IMG/VR virus record: IMGVR_UViG_3300015050_000961
Span: 1 to 49,360 of that record
From: a virus
Lineage: Duplodnaviria > Caudoviricetes
Strand: one strand, 5' to 3'
DNA length: 49,360 nucleotides
The position numbers were made by a program, and so were the translations under genes. The notes beneath the pieces were generated by a model. It made no database searches. It worked only from the letters and a program-made list of their open reading frames with translations, and was not told the origin of the DNA. Positions 37,266 to 45,259 of this stretch are shown piece after piece (position 1 is the first letter of the stretch; every line of letters starts with the position of its first letter).

Positions 37266-37299
37266 CCCGACACGGCGGGATTGTGCCTGCCGTGTCGGG
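37266..37299 (+). terminator. 14-bp hairpin built from inverted CCGACA boxes
   Basis: CCCGACACGGCGGG-attgtg-CCTGCCGTGTCGGG followed by TTCT. Confidence 0.5.
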
Positions 37300-37322
37300 T
37301 TCTACGAAACCAGGAGGCCGAC

Positions 37323-37412
37323 ATGGGCTACTACGAGACGATGGCGTTGAAGCGGCTGGGTTGGGTTCTGCTGATCGTGATTCTGCTTGCGACTGCGGTG
37401 AGGCATTCGTGA
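37323..37412 (+). CDS. Small membrane peptide (29 aa)
   Basis: AGGAGG RBS; MGYYETMALKRLGWVLLIVILLATAVRHS. Confidence 0.55.
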   Translation: MGYYETMALKRLGWVLLIVILLATAVRHS

Positions 37413-37882
37413 GTCGGGTTGCCAACTGGCTCTGGCTGTTGATCCTTGCGCGAGTGAGGCGGCCGCCGGATGTTGTTATCGGCGGATCGGAGCGGCCCTA
37501 CATGCTCCGATGGCATCTCATTCCGCGCAACCGACTGTTCAACGTCTATTTGCATCACTTCCTACGCAGCGATGACGATCGCGCGCTGCATGACCATCCG
37601 TGGTGGAACGCATCGTTTCTTCTGCAAGGCAGCTACACCGAGCACACCATCGCGGCCGGCGGCGTTCACTGCCGCAAGCTCTATAACGCCGGTGACATCA
37701 AACTGCGCGGAGCGAAGTCGGCGCATCGCGTCGAGCTGACGCACGGCTCCTGCTGGTCGCTGTTCCTGACGGGGCCGTGGCTGCGGTCGTGGGGCTTTCA
37801 TTGCCCGAACGGTTGGAAGCACTGGAAGGCTTTCACGAAGCCGGGCCGCCCCGGTGAAGTTGGCGAGGGATGTGGCGAGTGA
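37409..37882 (+). CDS. Cupin-like His-rich phage protein
   Basis: YLHHFLRSDDDRALHDHPW...GSYTE...HRVEL...WGF. Confidence 0.75.
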   Translation: MSRVANWLWLLILARVRRPPDVVIGGSERPYMLRWHLIPRNRLFNVYLHHFLRSDDDRALHDHPWWNASFLLQGSYTEHTIAAGGVHCRKLYNAGDIKLRGAKSAHRVELTHGSCWSLFLTGPWLRSWGFHCPNGWKHWKAFTKPGRPGEVGEGCGE

Positions 37883-39912
37883 CCCTTCACGTCGACTTCG
37901 AAACAAGATCCACGGTCGAAATCAAGAAGACCGGTGCGTACGTCTACGCGCAGGATGCCACGACCGACATCTGGTGCCTCGCATACTCGTTCGAGGACGA
38001 GCCGGTCGAGATCTGGACGCCAGGCCAGCCGATTCCACCCCGGATCAAGCAGCACATCGAGGCCGGCGGCACGCTCACCGCACACAACGCCGCCTTCGAA
38101 CGCGCGATCTGGCGCTACATCCTGACGCCGCGCTACGGCTGGCCGGAGCCGGCCGTCGAGCAGTGGCGCTGCACGATGAGCATGGCGTACGCCATGGCGC
38201 TCCCGGGCGCGCTGGAGCACGTCGGCCCGGCGCTCAACACCGGCTTCGAGAAGGACATGCAGGGCCATCGCCTCATGATGGCGATGGCGAAACCGAAGAA
38301 ACCCAAAAAGGGTGAGATCGTACCCGAGTCGGGTATGCTTTGGAGAGACGCTGAAGAAGACAAGCAACGCCTCTTCTCGTACTGCCGCCAGGACGTCGAA
38401 GCCGAGCGCGCGGCGGACAAGCGCCTTGTGCGCTTGCGACCGTTCGAGCAAGACCTTTGGCATCTCGATCAACGAATCAACGATCGTGGTGTGCCGGTCG
38501 ATAAGCTTCTCTGTGACCGCGCGCTGAGCATCGTCGAAGCGCATTCCAAGAAGCTCGACGCCGAGATGGCGAAGGTCACCGACTGGGAGGTGACCGCATG
38601 TACCAACGTCAACCAACTCAAGGAGTTCGTCCGCCGGCACGGCACGGCGTGTGACAGCCTCGACAAGGAGCACATCAACGAGATCCTCGCGCGCGACTGC
38701 CACCCGTCGGTTCGCCGCGCGCTGGAGCTGCGCCAGGAGGGCGGCAAGGCGAGCGTCGACAAGATCGAGGCGCTTCTCAACGGCATGTCGTCGGACGGCC
38801 GGGCGAGGGGGCTCATGCAGTTCCACGCCGCCAACACCGGCCGCTGGGGCGGGCGTCGCTTCCAGCCGCAGAACATTCTCCGGCCGGATGAGAACTTCGA
38901 CATCGATGGCGCGATCGAGGTGCTGCTGAAGTACGAGCCTGCGAAGGCGATGCAGGTTCTCGACGCCATGTTCGGCGATCCGATCACCTGCATCTCCTAC
39001 ACGCTACGCGGCATGATTAAAGCCGAGCGCGGCAACAAAATCGTCGCGGCGGACTACAACAACATCGAGGGTGTGGTCCTCGCGTGGCTATCCGGCGAGC
39101 GCACGAAACTCGATGCGTTCCGCGCATTCTTCGCCGGCAAGGGGCCAGACCTTTATCTCGTTGCAGCATCCGGCATCTACGGCGTTCCGGTCGAGAAGAT
39201 GTCCAAGAAGACGCATCCGGAGGAGCGCCAGATCGGCAAGGTGTCCGAGCTCGCGTGCGGTTACGGCGGCGGCGTCGGGGCGTTTCAGACGATGGCGCAC
39301 ACCTACGGCGTCAAGGTGCCCGACAGCCAGGCGGAAGAAATCAAGAGCGCATGGCGCGACAGCAATCCGAACATCGTGGACTTCTGGCACGACCTCGAAG
39401 ATGCGGCGCTGCGTGCGATCGCCCACCCGGGCAGAGCGGCCGAATGTGGCCCGGTACGCTTCAAAGTGGTTGGGAGTTTCTTGTGGCTGCAACTGCCGAG
39501 CGGCCGCGCGCTCTGCTACCCGTACCCGAAAATCTGTTCCGTCCAGACGCCATGGGGCGAATGGAAGGACGCGATGACGTTCAAGACCGTCCCGAACGTC
39601 TCCAACATGCGCAAGATCGTCGACGACCCGACCAACACGTCGAAGTGGTCGCGCATCTCGACGTATGGCGGCGCGCTGTCGGAGAACGTGACGCAGGCGG
39701 TCGCGCGTGACGTGCTCGCCGAGGCCATGGTCCGGCTCGAGCGCGAAAATTACCCGGTCATCCTTACGGTGCATGACGAATCGGTGAGCGAAGTCGCCGA
39801 GAGTTACGGCTCCGCGGAAGAGTACGAACAGATCATGACCGAGCTGCCGGCGTGGGCGACGGGCCTGCCAATCGCAGCGAGCGGCTTCGAAGCGGAAAGG
39901 TATCGGAAGTGA
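37879..39912 (+). CDS. DNA polymerase family A with 3'-5' exonuclease
   Basis: DFETRS, AHNAAFE, YCRQDV, TGRW, ADYNNIE, RQIGKVSELACGYG, VHDE. Confidence 0.95.
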   Translation: MTLHVDFETRSTVEIKKTGAYVYAQDATTDIWCLAYSFEDEPVEIWTPGQPIPPRIKQHIEAGGTLTAHNAAFERAIWRYILTPRYGWPEPAVEQWRCTMSMAYAMALPGALEHVGPALNTGFEKDMQGHRLMMAMAKPKKPKKGEIVPESGMLWRDAEEDKQRLFSYCRQDVEAERAADKRLVRLRPFEQDLWHLDQRINDRGVPVDKLLCDRALSIVEAHSKKLDAEMAKVTDWEVTACTNVNQLKEFVRRHGTACDSLDKEHINEILARDCHPSVRRALELRQEGGKASVDKIEALLNGMSSDGRARGLMQFHAANTGRWGGRRFQPQNILRPDENFDIDGAIEVLLKYEPAKAMQVLDAMFGDPITCISYTLRGMIKAERGNKIVAADYNNIEGVVLAWLSGERTKLDAFRAFFAGKGPDLYLVAASGIYGVPVEKMSKKTHPEERQIGKVSELACGYGGGVGAFQTMAHTYGVKVPDSQAEEIKSAWRDSNPNIVDFWHDLEDAALRAIAHPGRAAECGPVRFKVVGSFLWLQLPSGRALCYPYPKICSVQTPWGEWKDAMTFKTVPNVSNMRKIVDDPTNTSKWSRISTYGGALSENVTQAVARDVLAEAMVRLERENYPVILTVHDESVSEVAESYGSAEEYEQIMTELPAWATGLPIAASGFEAERYRK

Positions 39913-40259
39913 CGTTGCCTCTTACACCCGACACATTGCGCGCGGCATACGACTTTCTCAATTCGACGCCGCCGTTCAACCGATGGAATTTGCCGGACGG
40001 TGAAGACGTCATCTTCAAGGTGGTGCGCGATCGGACGTACCAAGGCTGGTATCGCAAGATCGGGAAGCGACATGCGATCGGTATTTCGCGGCATTTCATA
40101 GGGCAGACAGATCCGCTCATCCGCGTGATGGGGCATGAAATGGTCCACCTGCACGAGGAGCACGCGCGAGCGCTCGGCCGCGGCGAGCACAGCGCGGCAT
40201 TCCGGAAATGGGCAGATCAGGTTTGCCGGATTCACGGCTTTGATCCCAAGCTTTTTTAA
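39909..40259 (+). CDS. SprT-like HEXXH zinc metalloprotein
   Basis: VMGHEMVHL...HSAAFRKWA. Confidence 0.7.
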   Translation: MTLPLTPDTLRAAYDFLNSTPPFNRWNLPDGEDVIFKVVRDRTYQGWYRKIGKRHAIGISRHFIGQTDPLIRVMGHEMVHLHEEHARALGRGEHSAAFRKWADQVCRIHGFDPKLF

Positions 40260-40325
40260 TTGACAAGGGGATTTGTCGGGAGTTAAATACCGACAAGACC
40301 GACTTAGACCGACTTAGACCGACAC
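40260..40325 (+). promoter_or_regulatory. Promoter followed by four tandem CCGAC repeats
   Basis: TTGACA at 40260, TTAAAT/TAAATA -10; CCGAC at 40290, 40299, 40309, 40319. Confidence 0.7.
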
Positions 40326-40409
40326 AGAGTTTTGCATGCAGCGTCCATCCCCGATCTTGCTGCCATGCCGCCGGTCGCGGTTCTGCCAACCGCGGCCGGC
40401 ACTCTTTCT
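40295..40409 (+). ncRNA. Candidate small RNA or attenuating leader
   Basis: Stem-loop with pyrimidine-rich loop (40334-40368), then a 13-bp GC hairpin (40370-40400) and CUCUUUCU. Confidence 0.4.
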
Positions 40410-40453
40410 GGTCTTGACTGACAAGTTTCAACTTCAACCAACGGAGAATTCGA

Positions 40454-40693
40454 ATGCCTAAGTTCCGTAAGAAGCCAGTTGTGATCGAGGCCGTGCAGTT
40501 CGTCGCGGCCAACTTCAACCAGATCGAGGAGTTCGTTGGCGGCGACGCTGAGTTTCGCGACGGCGAACTGATCGTGGCGACCCTGGAAGGCCCCCTGCGG
40601 GCTGCGCCGAACGACTGGATCATCAAAGGCGTGAAGGGCGAGTTCTACCCGTGCAAGCCCGACATCTTTGCTGCGACCTATGAGCCCGCCTGA
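40454..40693 (+). CDS. Conserved small phage protein (PGDYG-like)
   Basis: KFRKKPVVIEAVQF...TLEG...DWIIKGVKGEFYPCKPDIF. Confidence 0.85.
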   Translation: MPKFRKKPVVIEAVQFVAANFNQIEEFVGGDAEFRDGELIVATLEGPLRAAPNDWIIKGVKGEFYPCKPDIFAATYEPA

Positions 40694-40728
40694 CCGCAGT
40701 TAGCTCTAGAGCGGGAAAGGAGATCCCC

Positions 40729-40950
40729 ATGTCTTTCGTTGTTCGAGACCCAAATCAGATCGTTATGGACGCCCTTCGAAGCGAGGTAGAGGCAAATCTG
40801 GCGCTCTGCACCGAGAGCCAGCGGGCCTTTTTTGCACGCATCTACCCTCACGGCATCCCGAAGATGACCGAGCACGAGCTGCGCAATTCAGTTGGGCTGA
40901 TCGGGGCGACCATTCAGAAGAACGAACGCGCAGCGCCTATCGGCGGCTAG
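40729..40950 (+). CDS. Hypothetical protein
   Basis: AGGAG RBS, 73 aa. Confidence 0.7.
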   Translation: MSFVVRDPNQIVMDALRSEVEANLALCTESQRAFFARIYPHGIPKMTEHELRNSVGLIGATIQKNERAAPIGG

Positions 40951-41003
40951 CGGCGTTCATACGGCGACAGCGAACTGCAATTCGAGAGAAATAGGAGACC
41001 GAA

Positions 41004-41150
41004 ATGACCTTCACCGAAGACGAAATCGAGACGATCAAGGCCCTGCTGGAAGACTGGGGTTTTGAATACTCGCTGTCTGCTGACCGCGAAAAGGTCATAG
41101 CCCTCGCCCAACGCCTCGGTCTTGAGGCGTTGGCAAAGCGGCTGTCATGA
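41004..41150 (+). CDS. Hypothetical protein (48 aa)
   Basis: AGGAG RBS; MTFTEDEIETIKALLEDWGFEY. Confidence 0.65.
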   Translation: MTFTEDEIETIKALLEDWGFEYSLSADREKVIALAQRLGLEALAKRLS

Positions 41151-41278
41151 GCGCTGCGCAGCTAGGGAATTTGGGTCGGTCGGAGGGCGAGATGGCAAGC
41201 CGGGCGCAAACGACACGCGGGGGATTGCATGAAACCCTCCAGACTCCTTCGTGTCACCAGTTAACTCGGGAGCAAGGC

Positions 41279-41509
41279 ATGAGCGAGCAGGGCTTAATAA
41301 GCCGACACGTCTTCCCTATCGACCAAGGGCGAGTCGTTGTCGATGAGCGTTGGGATTTAGACGTTCCGGGGTGCCCTATTGTGCGGCCACCGTTTGGGAC
41401 GCTCCAAAGCGGGCCTCATTTCGTGCGCCAGATCGTTATGACGCCGCGCGAATATAACGCCCGTTTCCCGAACTCGCTTAGCACTTCCGACAACGCGGAC
41501 CGCAGTTAG
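41279..41509 (+). CDS. Hypothetical protein
   Basis: GGGAG RBS; MSEQGLISRHVFP. Confidence 0.5.
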   Translation: MSEQGLISRHVFPIDQGRVVVDERWDLDVPGCPIVRPPFGTLQSGPHFVRQIVMTPREYNARFPNSLSTSDNADRS

Positions 41510-41525
41510 GCCGAAAGCGACAGGA

Positions 41526-41693
41526 CTAGCCCTTATGACGCTCGCGCCGCTTCAACTCCCGCTCTACCGCTTCCCGCAGGAAGTCGGCCTGCCCCTCGTC
41601 CTTTTCAAGGGCTTTTTCGATGCGTTTCAGCGTCCCTTCCGGGAAACGGGCGCTGGCCTGCTCGTGGTTGATCTGGGGGCGTCCTCTGGGCAT
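41526..41693 (-). CDS. Ribbon-helix-helix DNA-binding protein
   Basis: GRP...SARFPEGTLKRIEKAL...ADFLREAVERELKRRE. Confidence 0.75.
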   Translation of the reverse strand: MPRGRPQINHEQASARFPEGTLKRIEKALEKDEGQADFLREAVERELKRRERHKG

Positions 41694-41700
41694 GGGCACC

Positions 41701-41782
41701 ATAATAGATGCTATCACAAATTGTTACAAGCCCCCTTTTTGTTGCTAGCATCTATTGCATCCTCCCGAATTGTTGCTATCAT
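41701..41782. promoter_or_regulatory. Divergent promoters with three TGCTA(T/G)CA boxes
   Basis: Boxes at 41709, 41743, 41774; minus strand TTGTAA-17-TATTAT, plus strand TTGCAT-16-TATCAT. Confidence 0.65.
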
Positions 41783-41807
41783 CAATTCATCAGAACGGGA
41801 GACGGAC

Positions 41808-42011
41808 ATGACCTACCGGGCACACATCGAAGGCTTCACCGGCCACTTCAATACCTGCGGCGAGATGCAGGTATGGGCCGAGGATTTGAACCGCCGCTAC
41901 AGCCTCAAGGGCTGCGTCCTGAAGGTCTGGAAGGCTGTTTGGGTCGCGAGGGACGGCTCTGGCGCTCAGTACAACGCCATCCCGACCCGCGAAATCGTGG
42001 TGGGTGCGTGA
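41808..42011 (+). CDS. Hypothetical protein
   Basis: GGGAGA RBS; MTYRAHIEGFTGHF. Confidence 0.7.
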   Translation: MTYRAHIEGFTGHFNTCGEMQVWAEDLNRRYSLKGCVLKVWKAVWVARDGSGAQYNAIPTREIVVGA

Positions 42012-42235
42012 TGAGCGAGCATCACCACTGCACCGACCGCGAGTGCCCGAACGTCGGTCAACGCACGTCCCCTGGCTGTCGCTGCCACCAAACAGTCGAG
42101 CAGGTTCTGCGTCGGCAGCGCAACGAGAGCCACGCCGCCTTAAAGCTCCTCGTCGAATTGATTTCCACGGATGCTCGCTACGACGAGAGCGAGGCTCTGA
42201 TGAACGCTCGCGCCATCGTAGCGCAGATCCAGTAA
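42011..42235 (+). CDS. Hypothetical Cys/His-rich protein
   Basis: HHHCTDRECP...CRCH; TGATG coupling. Confidence 0.6.
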   Translation: MSEHHHCTDRECPNVGQRTSPGCRCHQTVEQVLRRQRNESHAALKLLVELISTDARYDESEALMNARAIVAQIQ

Positions 42236-42265
42236 CGCGCTTTGGTCGCCGATGAAGGTAACAAG

Positions 42266-42535
42266 ATGAATGAACCCGAAGCCATCAAGCTCTGTGAAGA
42301 CGTGATGAGCCTTGCCACGCAAGCCGCGGGCCGCAAGCTCTATCAGGTCCTCAAGTACGTTGCCGAAGAAGGTGACGCCGAGCGCACGGAACTGCGCGCA
42401 GCGCTGAATGCCCTGCTAGCCAGCCCGGCAGGGTGCGTATTCTGCGACTTTGGAAAGCTTCGCACCCCAACGAAAGACCACGACGACGATTGCGGGTTTG
42501 CGATGGCCTCAAAGCTTGTCGCTCATTCGAAGTAA
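42266..42535 (+). CDS. Hypothetical protein with CxxC...HxxxC
   Basis: CVFC...HDDDC. Confidence 0.6.
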   Translation: MNEPEAIKLCEDVMSLATQAAGRKLYQVLKYVAEEGDAERTELRAALNALLASPAGCVFCDFGKLRTPTKDHDDDCGFAMASKLVAHSK

Positions 42536-42554
42536 CCGAAAACAGGAGACCTAA

Positions 42555-42989
42555 ATGCTTGCTCAAAACTTCAAGACGGCCGCCGATCTTGGGATCAAGG
42601 AGGTCGAGTTCGACGCACTGCAAACCGTTCTCGGGATGCTGGAACGCGGTGAACTGATTTACGGGAAGACCCCGCTCGCAAAGCAGTTCCGGCTACCCAA
42701 CGAATTCAATATGGCCGTTGTGCTCGATGAGAGCGATTGCGGGTCTATTGGCTGCCTGTGCGGCTGGGCGCACATCGTGTCTGGCCGGCAAGCGTTCGCA
42801 GAGCTGATCGGGCGCTCGTGGGAGAATGAATACGAAGTGATCCAGGCCGTGCCGGCGAACCTACGGAGGCTTTTCCGCTTCGGTGCAATCGCTGGGTCGC
42901 TTTACGACATCAAGCCGGAACAAGCCGCCGTCGCTCTCAGAAGCTTCCTTACGACGGGCGAGCCGCGTTGGTCGGAAGCTGTCGCATAG
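42555..42989 (+). CDS. Hypothetical phage protein
   Basis: AGGAG RBS; LGMLERGEL, FNMA, CGSIGCLCGWAH. Confidence 0.75.
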   Translation: MLAQNFKTAADLGIKEVEFDALQTVLGMLERGELIYGKTPLAKQFRLPNEFNMAVVLDESDCGSIGCLCGWAHIVSGRQAFAELIGRSWENEYEVIQAVPANLRRLFRFGAIAGSLYDIKPEQAAVALRSFLTTGEPRWSEAVA

Positions 42990-42998
42990 GAGAGGACA

Positions 42999-43190
42999 AT
43001 GCCGCTGCCAAGGCCAAGCGCGAAGTACGCCGGCATGGGCGCTCTGTCGTTGGCGCGTCTATCGCATCAGTTCGAGGACGAAGAGAACGATGTCGAATTT
43101 CTCGCTGTGCAAGACGCGGTGAGCGTGCTGCTGCCAGGTGAACAGGAAGCCTTCCGCAAAGCTTACATCGACATGCACAAACGGCGCTGA
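42999..43190 (+). CDS. Hypothetical protein
   Basis: GGAGAGG RBS, 63 aa. Confidence 0.6.
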   Translation: MPLPRPSAKYAGMGALSLARLSHQFEDEENDVEFLAVQDAVSVLLPGEQEAFRKAYIDMHKRR

Positions 43191-43213
43191 TGCACCACAT
43201 GAACGAGGTCTAG

Positions 43214-43405
43214 ATGACCAATTCGATTTATCATTTCTCCGGCTGCCACATGAGCAGAGAATATGGAATTGCCTGGTTCAGGGTCCGCGGATACGGGCTG
43301 ATGATCAAGGCCCCGTGGAACGAACCATTGTTCTCCGAACGCTACGGCTATCGCAAGTTCGTCGGTTTATTTGGCTGGCGCGTAGGCGTCTTAACCCCGA
43401 ACTGA
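43214..43405 (+). CDS. Hypothetical protein
   Basis: WFRVRGYGL...LFSERYGYRK; GAGG RBS. Confidence 0.65.
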   Translation: MTNSIYHFSGCHMSREYGIAWFRVRGYGLMIKAPWNEPLFSERYGYRKFVGLFGWRVGVLTPN

Positions 43406-43418
43406 AGGTTCGCATTCG

Positions 43419-43592
43419 ATGACACAGCGCCTGATCGGTCGAGACGAAATCTGGAAGCTATTCGTGGGTCACTACTGGGACAGCTTCGAAAAGGACCGGG
43501 ATCTGATCCTTTGCCACATCGACGCGGTGTTGCAGATGACGCCACCAGTCGTTCTCGGTGAGCAAGCGAGCGATGAAAAGACTGGTGCGTGA
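43419..43592 (+). CDS. Possible hypothetical protein (57 aa)
   Basis: MTQRLIGRDEIWKLFVGHYW; weak RBS. Confidence 0.4.
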   Translation: MTQRLIGRDEIWKLFVGHYWDSFEKDRDLILCHIDAVLQMTPPVVLGEQASDEKTGA

Positions 43593-43807
43593 CGCGCCAG
43601 TGGTTGTCCGGTTTGTCGGTTCTTAGAAACGCGCACCACTGAATTTGCTGATTGAATCGCACCCGACAAAAGCCTACAAAGCCTAAGTAAGGCCATCCGC
43701 TTTCAGCGTCGGGTCTCAAAATTCTTTAGTTGCAGCAATCGCTTGGGTTTGTATGTCGGGTGTCTGTCAGGCGGACATTTGACGAACTGGGGCGCTAACT
43801 GGCGCGT
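43581..43807. other. Probable attP region
   Basis: Non-coding gap downstream of the integrase, flanked by ACTGGYGCGT-like arm repeats. Confidence 0.55.
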
Positions 43808-44034
43808 TATTTCGTCGGGCTTGGCGGCATTTTCCACCACGCTACGGGCTTACGATCGATCCCACCGACGTTTTGTTCCCAGAACCATTTCCACCAAAGG
43901 CGACCAAGCTTGTATCGTCGATCGGGTTCGCCATCCTTTCGCTTCTTCACCGCTGCGTAGTTGGCGCTTGCACCGGGCGGCACTTTGACCTCGCCCCAAT
44001 CGAACACGAGAACCTCGATTCCAAACTTGGCCAT
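43807..44034 (-). CDS. Small Trp-rich protein coupled to the integrase
   Basis: GAGGAGG RBS, TGATG overlap; KDGEPDRRYK motif. Confidence 0.6.
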   Translation of the reverse strand: MAKFGIEVLVFDWGEVKVPPGASANYAAVKKRKDGEPDRRYKLGRLWWKWFWEQNVGGIDRKPVAWWKMPPSPTK

Positions 44035-45107
44035 CACGCCACCTCCTCGATCGTTGAATCCGTCTTCAGATAGTCCGTCGTCGCGTGTGCGTAGGTCTTC
44101 TCGACCGTCGCGATCGTGTCGCCCAGCAGCTTCGCCACCTTGTACGGGTTCTCCCCATCCATGAGCATGTGCGACGCCCGGCTGTGGCGCAGCATGTGCG
44201 GGTGCGCCTTGATGCCGAGGTCGGCCATCAGGTCGACGAACGACGCGTAGAAGTCGCGCGGCGTGCCGAACAGGTACTCGGTCGAGCTCGTCGCCATCAG
44301 CCGCTCGACGGTCGGCCGGATCTCCGGATAAATCGGCACCTTCGGCCGGCGCTTCTTCGTCACCGGTGCGCCTGGCGGGTGCAGATCGACGTAACCGTGC
44401 TGGAGGTTCACCTGCACCTTCAGCATGCGCTCCACGGAACGGCGCCGCGCCGCCCAGTAGTACGCCAGCTTGCAGAAGTCGAGCAGTTGGCCGTCGGCCG
44501 TCGCGAACGCGTGGGCGAGCTGCTGCTTGGTCAGCCAGCCGGTCTCCTTCTTCGCTTCCGAGGGCAGCTCGACGACCGGCATCGGTGTGGGCGGCTTTGC
44601 CGTCGGGCCGATGCGCTTCCAACGCGCGGCGTGGTTCGCAGCGGCCACCAGGACCACGAGCTCGCGTCGGATGGTGGCGTCGGTGCCGACCTGCCCCTGG
44701 CGGCCGCGGCCCTTGCGGACCACGTTGGTCGCGCCTCTACGCCGGACCTCGGCGTACGCCCGCGTCATCGGGATGTCGATTTCGGAGATTGGCGTGCCGG
44801 TGAAGTACGCCTTCAGGTGCGTGATCGCAGCGCGGGCTCGGACCTTGTCGACGACGTTTGGTTGAACGTGTTGTGCGTCGTACCAGTCGAGCACCTGCTC
44901 GGTCATTACTCCAGCATTGCCGACAATGCGGGATCGGCGGGAGCCTTCGGTGATGAAGCGGGCGAAGCGATTGGTTGCCTCGACGGCATCCTTGGTCTCC
45001 ATGCTCTCTCGGCGGGTGCGCCGCTGCCCGGCGTCGTACCAAAGGGCGTACCAGACGCCGTTGCTGCGTCGTTCGAGCCACGGGGTGTCTCGCTTCTGTC
45101 GGGCCAT
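44034..45107 (-). CDS. int: Tyrosine integrase
   Basis: Arm-binding N-terminus GVWYALWYD...RES, catalytic R (AAR), HMLRH, LLGDT, TYAH. Confidence 0.92.
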   Translation of the reverse strand: MARQKRDTPWLERRSNGVWYALWYDAGQRRTRRESMETKDAVEATNRFARFITEGSRRSRIVGNAGVMTEQVLDWYDAQHVQPNVVDKVRARAAITHLKAYFTGTPISEIDIPMTRAYAEVRRRGATNVVRKGRGRQGQVGTDATIRRELVVLVAAANHAARWKRIGPTAKPPTPMPVVELPSEAKKETGWLTKQQLAHAFATADGQLLDFCKLAYYWAARRRSVERMLKVQVNLQHGYVDLHPPGAPVTKKRRPKVPIYPEIRPTVERLMATSSTEYLFGTPRDFYASFVDLMADLGIKAHPHMLRHSRASHMLMDGENPYKVAKLLGDTIATVEKTYAHATTDYLKTDSTIEEVA

Positions 45108-45259
45108 CTCGCTCGTACCTCCGCTTCGTCGAACCGCGCGTGGCCGCCCGCAGTGCGCGAGACGGGCGTCAGCTTGCCTTCGCGGACCCATCGCGTGACG
45201 GTGTCGCGTTCCACGCCGGCGATCTCGCCAACCTTGGTCGGGCCAATGAGTGCCATCAT
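44906..45259 (-). CDS. Excisionase-like MerR/BldC-type HTH protein
   Basis: VGEIAGVERDTVTRWVREGKLTPVSRTAGGHARFDEAEV. Confidence 0.8.
   Translation of the reverse strand: MMALIGPTKVGEIAGVERDTVTRWVREGKLTPVSRTAGGHARFDEAEVRARWPDRSETPRGSNDAATASGTPFGTTPGSGAPAERAWRPRMPSRQPIASPASSPKAPADPALSAMLE

Noticed and set aside
40290-40325. Mini-CRISPR array
   Set aside because: Units are 9-10 bp with no unique spacers
40692-43600. Canonical integron with attC sites
   Set aside because: No RYYYAAC...GTTRRRY hairpins found, and the integrase has an arm-binding N-terminus typical of phage integrases; kept only as a non-canonical junction motif
43685-43715. dusA-like attachment core (TTCAGCGTC, FSV)
   Set aside because: The match does not continue into the APM..WTD codons and is too short to support
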